This document shows, piece by piece, positions 58,699 through 64,000 of a stretch of DNA of 64,000 bases. The first letter of the stretch is position 1, and each line of letters begins with the position of its first letter. The position numbers were made by a program, and so were the translations under genes. The stretch spans positions 1,280,001 through 1,344,000 of the forward strand of contig OZ242010.1 in the NCBI GenBank assembly GCA_965204745.1. The letters are read 5' to 3'. A model generated the notes under the pieces. That model made no database searches and was not told the DNA's origin. It saw only the letters and a program-made list of their open reading frames with translations. The stretch is from Candidatus Latescibacterota bacterium (lineage in GTDB: Bacteria; Latescibacterota; UBA2968).

Positions 58699-59477
58699 AA
58701 CTTTTCCGTTTTTTCGCCCGCGAATACGCCCTGTCCGGGCTGTTCATCCTCTTGTTGCTCGGCGTGTGGGAAGCCATCGTGCGAACCCTCGACATCGCGG
58801 CATTCATCTTGCCTCCCCCCTCGCAAATCCTATCCAAATTCGCAACCTCGCATCGCCTTTTGCTCTCGCACGGCGCGGTGACATTGACCGAAGCCCTGGG
58901 CGGTTTTTTCCTCGGCGCCTCGTCCGGCTTGCTCTGCGCGATAGCCATGGCCCGCTCTCGCCTGATCGAGCGGATGCTCTATCCGCTGGTCATCTCCACG
59001 CAGACCTTTCCCAAAGAAGCACTCGCCCCGGTCTTCGTGATCTGGTTTGGATTTGGCCTGTTGCCCAAGGTGATCATCGCCGGACTCATTTCATTTTTTC
59101 CGGTCGTGATCAACACCACGCGCGGCCTGCTCTCGGTTGACAAACCCATCCTCGACTTGATGCGGTCGCTTTCGGCCAATCAACGCCAGATATTTTTTAA
59201 GGTTCGCCTGCCCCATGCCATTCCCTACCTTTTTGCGGCCCTCAAGATGTGCATCACGCTCAGCGTTATCGGCGCGGTGGTCGGCGAATTTGTCGGCGCC
59301 AGCGCGGGATTGGGCCACCTCATTCGCCTCGCCAATTCAGAACTCGCCACGGACCTGATGTTCGCCGCGCTGCTCGCCTTGGGTTGCATGGGCACGGGCC
59401 TGTTTTTGCTCGTGGATGGCCTCGAGAAAATCGCCCTGCGCCGTTGGGGCGGCACCGTTGAAACGATGGGTCGCTAA
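58695..59477 (+). CDS. ABC transporter permease, NitT/TauT family
   Basis: ILPPPSQI, P..ALAP.F.IWFGFG, KVRLP.A.P.LF, IGAVVGEF.G...GLG. Confidence 0.9.
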   Translation: MKLFRFFAREYALSGLFILLLLGVWEAIVRTLDIAAFILPPPSQILSKFATSHRLLLSHGAVTLTEALGGFFLGASSGLLCAIAMARSRLIERMLYPLVISTQTFPKEALAPVFVIWFGFGLLPKVIIAGLISFFPVVINTTRGLLSVDKPILDLMRSLSANQRQIFFKVRLPHAIPYLFAALKMCITLSVIGAVVGEFVGASAGLGHLIRLANSELATDLMFAALLALGCMGTGLFLLVDGLEKIALRRWGGTVETMGR

Positions 59478-59582
59478 CTGGAAACTGGAATTGCGAATGC
59501 CCATCCCCGACAGCTCGTTTTGTTCGTCTATTACTCGCACGTCGTAGCACTTGTATCGCGTATTCTGAACGGAGAGATCGCC

Positions 59583-60557
59583 ATGAAATGGATCGCTTTT
59601 GCCCTCGGGTTCATCGCCCTGTCCTGCACGGGGACGGATGAGACGCCTGTGCCGTTCATCCTCGACTGGAAGGCGCAGATGGAACACGCGGGCTTTTTTG
59701 TCGCGCAACAAAAGGGGTTTTACGAACAAGAGGGCCTCGAGGTCGAAATCCTCGACGGTAGCGGCGCGCCCACTGCGGCCCGCGTGGTTGGCAACGGGAC
59801 TTACAAACTCGGCGTGGCGAGTGGCGCGGCAACGGTGATGGCACGCGCGCACAATATCCCCATCGTGTCGCTGGCCGTGATCAATCAGCAAACCCCGGTG
59901 GTCGTGTATTCGCTCGTAGAAAAAAATATTACAACCCCCGCGGACTTGATCGGCAAACGCATTGGGGTCAACATCGGCGGCACCAAGCACCGGGAATTTC
60001 AAGCCTTTTTGCGCCGGCAAAATATTTCCGAAGACGACATCCAACTGATGGGCATGAGCGAAGCCAGTCCCGCGCCGCTCTTGGCGGGTCAAGTGGATGC
60101 GATGCTCGGGTACACCGAAGACCAACCCGTGACCGTAGAACTACAAGGCCACGCGGTTCACCGCCTCGCGCTGTCGGATTACGGCATCGACATCTACAGC
60201 ACCAACATCATTGCCAACGCGAATTTTCTCAAAGAAAACCCCGATCTGGTCAAACGCTTTTTGCGGGCGAGTCTGCGCGGCTGGCAACGCGCTGTCGATC
60301 ATCCCGAAGACGCGGTCGCCGCGTACATGGCGGCCCGCCCGGAAAGCGACGAGGCTTTCAACCGCGCCAATTTCAAATACCTAATCCCCCTGTTGCAAAG
60401 CGCGGACACGCAGCAACTGGGCTTGGGGGCGCAAACAAAAGCCAAGTGGCAACAGACGCAGGACATCCTCCACAGCTTGGGCATGATCGATCAAAAAGTC
60501 GATCCCGACCTGCTCTTCACCGCGGCGTTTATGCCTGAAAAGGGGAGCCGCCCTTAG
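59583..60557 (+). CDS. ABC transporter substrate-binding lipoprotein, NMT1/THI5-like
   Basis: Lipobox ALSC; LDW....HAGFFVA..KGFY..EGLEV, DL.GKRIG, NPDLVKRFLRA..RGW. Confidence 0.88.
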   Translation: MKWIAFALGFIALSCTGTDETPVPFILDWKAQMEHAGFFVAQQKGFYEQEGLEVEILDGSGAPTAARVVGNGTYKLGVASGAATVMARAHNIPIVSLAVINQQTPVVVYSLVEKNITTPADLIGKRIGVNIGGTKHREFQAFLRRQNISEDDIQLMGMSEASPAPLLAGQVDAMLGYTEDQPVTVELQGHAVHRLALSDYGIDIYSTNIIANANFLKENPDLVKRFLRASLRGWQRAVDHPEDAVAAYMAARPESDEAFNRANFKYLIPLLQSADTQQLGLGAQTKAKWQQTQDILHSLGMIDQKVDPDLLFTAAFMPEKGSRP

Positions 60558-60995
60558 CCCTAACCCGTGCGATCCCTGCCCACCGCCACCCCGCCGTGTG
60601 CGTGAGTGCGTTAGAAACAGGCCATCCATCTAGACCGCATGCCCGTGAACTCAAACCCCATTCCCAAGCCCCGTGCCTGTCCGAAGCAGTGATAGTTGAA
60701 GTGTTCCAGTATATAGGACAACAACAATTCAATTTTGTATAAGTAATCCAGTAATTTTTTTTCCAACAAAATAACATGCCCCGACGATCCAAAAATCGCC
60801 GGGGCGTGTGTTTTGGCGGATGGGCGGGGACTGACCACTTGGGCGGCGGGATTGCCTCCCCTCCCGTCTTACATCTTACGTCTCACGTCTTGCCTCTCAC
60901 TGGTGGATGGGCTGTTGGGCGGCCCTCTCCCGTCTCACCTCTTACCTCTCACTGGTGGATGGGCGAATGGGTGGGGACTGACCACTGACCACGAC

Positions 60996-61739
60996 ATGAA
61001 AAATTGGCTCATTTATTTTCTTTTTTTCACCTCGCACGGAACCACCTTTGCCGAACCCGTGACCGTGTACGCGGCGGCCAGTTTGACGAGCGCGTTGCAG
61101 GACGTGTCCAAAATCGCAGAACAGCGGGGTGTGGCACTGCGCTTGTCTTTTGCCAGTTCTTCCATCCTCGCCAAGCAAATTGCGATGGGCGCGCCTGCGG
61201 ACGTGTATTTCTCCGCAAATGTGAAATGGATGGATTTTCTGGCAGATGAAAATTTGATAGAACCCGATACCCGCATCGACCTCTTGGGCAACGCGCTGGT
61301 GGTGATCGCGCCCAAGGGCGAGCAAAAACCCTGGTCCGAGTTTCGCTTGCCCGCGTCCGGGACAGTGGCCCTGGGCGATCCGTCCCATGTGCCTGCGGGG
61401 ATGTACGCCAGAGACGCGCTGAAAAAATTGGGCTGGTGGGACGTGCTCAAAAACCGCATGGCCCCTGCAATGGATGTGCGCGGCGCGTTGGCATTGGTCG
61501 CACGCGGCGAGTGCGCGTTGGGAATCGTCTATGCCACTGATGCCGCGATCAGCACTGAGATCGAGATACTCGCCACCCTGCCCGATTCCCTGTTGAATAC
61601 ATCTATCGCCTATCCCATCGCCATTGTAAAAGGCCGCCGCACGCCCTCGGTCAATGCGGCGATGGCCCTTTTGCAATCGGCCACAGCCGCTACGGTATTT
61701 CGACGATACGGATTTCGCGTCTTGCCCATAGCGAAATAA
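60996..61739 (+). CDS. modA: Molybdate ABC transporter periplasmic binding protein
   Basis: AAASL, FASSS.LAKQI..GAPADV, N.LV, GDP..VPAG.YA, DVR.AL..V, GIVYATDA. Confidence 0.93.
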   Translation: MKNWLIYFLFFTSHGTTFAEPVTVYAAASLTSALQDVSKIAEQRGVALRLSFASSSILAKQIAMGAPADVYFSANVKWMDFLADENLIEPDTRIDLLGNALVVIAPKGEQKPWSEFRLPASGTVALGDPSHVPAGMYARDALKKLGWWDVLKNRMAPAMDVRGALALVARGECALGIVYATDAAISTEIEILATLPDSLLNTSIAYPIAIVKGRRTPSVNAAMALLQSATAATVFRRYGFRVLPIAK

Positions 61740-61776
61740 AAAAAAGGACGGAAGCGAGATTGCCTCCGTCCTTTTG
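61738..61776. terminator. Bidirectional intrinsic terminator after modA
   Basis: AAAAGGACGGA...TCCGTCCTTTT. Confidence 0.7.
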
Positions 61777-61817
61777 CATAACGAAGCGTAGCGAAGGGGG
61801 CGGTTGGTTTTATCACG

Positions 61818-61846
61818 TTGACAATACTGGGCGTTTTGTCTATTAT
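61818..61846 (+). promoter_or_regulatory. Near-consensus sigma70 promoter
   Basis: TTGACA-N17-TATTAT. Confidence 0.75.
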
Positions 61847-61875
61847 GCGAACTCTTTTTTACGGCGATTGATCCC

Positions 61876-62583
61876 ATGGTGGCATTAGAAAAATTGGCGA
61901 AAATTTGTGCCCAAAATCCCGCGTCCGTTTTGTTTGCGCGATTGGCGGATGGGTTGTTGCAACAGGGAGATGTTGCACGGGCACTGGCGGTTTGCCGCAC
62001 CGGAGTGCGATATCGACCGTCTTATGTGGCCGGGCAAGTGGTGATGGGCAAGTGCTATTTGGCCGCGGGTCAGTGCGAAGAAGCGCGGTTGGCGTTTGAA
62101 AAGGCGTTGCAGTTGGATGCGGACCACTTGGTTGCGCGCTGGCATTTGGGCCATATCGCGTTGCAACAGGGCCGAGGCGCTCTCGCGCTGGAGCACTTTG
62201 AATCGGCGCGGGCACGCGATCCCTTTGGCCCTGAACTCCGCGAGCAAATTTGCAAACTCAAGGGCGAACCGACCGAAGAGGCGCGAGATGAAACATCGAA
62301 AGCCCCACCCGATGAATCTGACGCGCCTGTTCCCGTATCCGAGTCGCTACCGCCTCTCGCAGAGGAAGGGATTGAGGAACATTTAGACGCGCTGATCGAG
62401 CCGCGCAACCCAGCGCCGAAATCCGACGCGCCGCTGATCGCAACCGCAACACTGGCCGAACTCTACGCCAATCAAGGGTCGATTCAAGAGGCCATCGCGG
62501 TTTTGGAACAGATGCTCGCACGCGAGCCAGACAATAGGCGCGTGATCGCGCGGTTGGACGAGTTGCGAAATTTGCCGGAATAG
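61876..62583 (+). CDS. Tetratricopeptide repeat protein
   Basis: NP.S.LFARLA, TPR helices, acidic/Pro linker, TATLAELY..QG...EAI. Confidence 0.85.
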   Translation: MVALEKLAKICAQNPASVLFARLADGLLQQGDVARALAVCRTGVRYRPSYVAGQVVMGKCYLAAGQCEEARLAFEKALQLDADHLVARWHLGHIALQQGRGALALEHFESARARDPFGPELREQICKLKGEPTEEARDETSKAPPDESDAPVPVSESLPPLAEEGIEEHLDALIEPRNPAPKSDAPLIATATLAELYANQGSIQEAIAVLEQMLAREPDNRRVIARLDELRNLPE

Positions 62584-62617
62584 GCGACCCACCCATTCAT
62601 CTTTTTTGGAGTGCATC

Positions 62618-63361
62618 ATGAGTGCTGAAAATCAGTATGACGCGATTGCCGAAGCGTATAAAAATTCCAAGCAACTGCCCTTTCGGGAATATATCGAAGC
62701 CCATACGCTTTTTGAGATTTTGGGCGACATCCGCGGGGCAAGCGCGTTGGACTTGGCTTGCGGCGAGGGGTTTTACACGCGCAAGATCATGCAGGCCGGG
62801 GCACGCGCAGTGACCGGCGTGGATATTTCCGCAGAGATGATCAAGTTGGCCGAAGCAGAAGAGCGCGTCCGGCCTTTGGGGTGCGCGTACTTGCATCGAG
62901 ATGCGGCGGACTTGGATTTGACCGAACAGGTCGATCTCGTGGTGGCGATGTACCTTCTGAATTACGCCAAGACGCCTGCGGATCTGTTGCGCTTTGTCGA
63001 GGTGGCGCATCGCAGTTTGCGACCAGGGGGCCGCTTTGTCGGGTTCAACGACAATGTTCAGAATGTGCCGCAGAGCACGGTTTCCTTTCCGCAATACGGA
63101 TTTGACAAGACGTGTGCCAACGCGCCGCAAGAGGGCGATGTGATTTTGTACCGGGTGAAAAATGCGGATGGCACGGTGTTTGAATTTGAGAATTATTATC
63201 TCAAACCCGATACCTATCACTGGGCGTTCCAACGCGCTGGATTCGCCGATTTTCAATGGGTCGGCCCGTTCCTCCACCCGTCTCAACAGGGCAATCCCCA
63301 TTGGGATGCGTTCCTGTCGCACGCGCCAGTCATTGGCTTTTGCGCGGTGAAAACTGTCTGA
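62618..63361 (+). CDS. Class I SAM-dependent methyltransferase
   Basis: LDLACGEG, GVDISAEM, YLLNYA, LRPGGRF. Confidence 0.88.
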   Translation: MSAENQYDAIAEAYKNSKQLPFREYIEAHTLFEILGDIRGASALDLACGEGFYTRKIMQAGARAVTGVDISAEMIKLAEAEERVRPLGCAYLHRDAADLDLTEQVDLVVAMYLLNYAKTPADLLRFVEVAHRSLRPGGRFVGFNDNVQNVPQSTVSFPQYGFDKTCANAPQEGDVILYRVKNADGTVFEFENYYLKPDTYHWAFQRAGFADFQWVGPFLHPSQQGNPHWDAFLSHAPVIGFCAVKTV

Positions 63362-63648
63362 ATCGCGGATTAAACGGATTACGCAGATGAACGCGGATTG
63401 GGTTGGCAGGTAGAACAGAGGGCGCAGAAAATACAGACGCCGCAAGTGGGCAGAGGACGCGGATTGGGCAACGCAGGTGGGACAGAGAATGCAGAAGGCA
63501 CGAAGGACATAGCGGCGGTAGGGCGGTGGGGGGATCTCACCTCTTACCTCTTGCCTCTTACTTGGGGATAGGGCTTGCGAGGGGTGGATAGGTAATCCGC
63601 GCAATCTCCAAATCCGCGAAATCCGCGATTCAGACAAATGGACCATCC

Positions 63649-64000
63649 ATGAATAACAACATCAGAGAGCAAATCGGGCATGCCTTGGGCGCGCTGGCGG
63701 ATGGGGATTTTGTGGTGGGGGCGCGAGACTTGCTCGCGGTGCTCGGTTATGAAAGCACGCGCACCTTAGACATCTCGGGCAAGGTGAATGAGTTTATTGC
63801 TCAATTCCCCGCGCCAAACGAGAACACGCAGACCGAGCAAGTGTTCTGCGAGAACGCCCAATCCGTGCGGATTCTCTTTCAAGTGACGGATACGGAAATC
63901 GCGGCGCAGAATACGCTGTTTGACACGAACGATTTTGACACGGGCAATGCGCGGAGTTTCTTGTTCGCCGCCGTCGAACTAAACGGCAAAACCTATTCGC
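63649..64000 (+). CDS. N-terminus of a probable type IIG (Eco57I-like) restriction-modification enzyme; runs off window end
   Basis: Manual translation MNNNIREQIG...LLAVLGYES.R...VRILFQVTDTEI...SFLFAAVELNGKTYS; no catalytic motifs inside the window. Confidence 0.5.
   Translation, partial: MNNNIREQIGHALGALADGDFVVGARDLLAVLGYESTRTLDISGKVNEFIAQFPAPNENTQTEQVFCENAQSVRILFQVTDTEIAAQNTLFDTNDFDTGNARSFLFAAVELNGKTYS

Noticed and set aside
1-64000. tRNA, rRNA, prophage, integron or retron
   Set aside because: None recognised by eye; small RNAs could be missed without covariance searches.

Overview
Bacterial chromosomal window (~57-60% GC, diderm) that looks like an uncultured, repeat-rich, probably marine or sponge-associated lineage such as Latescibacterota/Poribacteria/Gemmatimonadota (inference from gene content only). 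Housekeeping and catabolic genes include archaeal-type pheS/pheT, nadA, manC-like, three sulfatases, a heparinase-like lyase, two enolase-superfamily dehydratases, ggt, msrB, rnd, glpK, modA, and RND and ABC transport genes. There is also a 1288-aa GLUG/FN3/Calx-beta surface protein behind a C22 tract, and small defence cargo: a DUF4160/DUF2442-like pair, an MTase-HNH fusion, an ART-like two-gene module and the start of a type IIG-like enzyme. Intergenic DNA is a mosaic of two heptamer families (GTCAGTN and CCTCTYR-like), GTAG REPs and other palindromes. Strongest signal: two IS110 copies whose left non-coding ends encode bridge-RNA-like guides. The target guides differ between copies, and each matches its own insertion site in the CCTCTYR heptamer arrays. 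IS982, IS903-like and IS427-like elements instead sit in the GTCAGTN arrays, suggesting heptamer repeats act as shared landing pads. All calls are from reading the sequence; no database searches were run.
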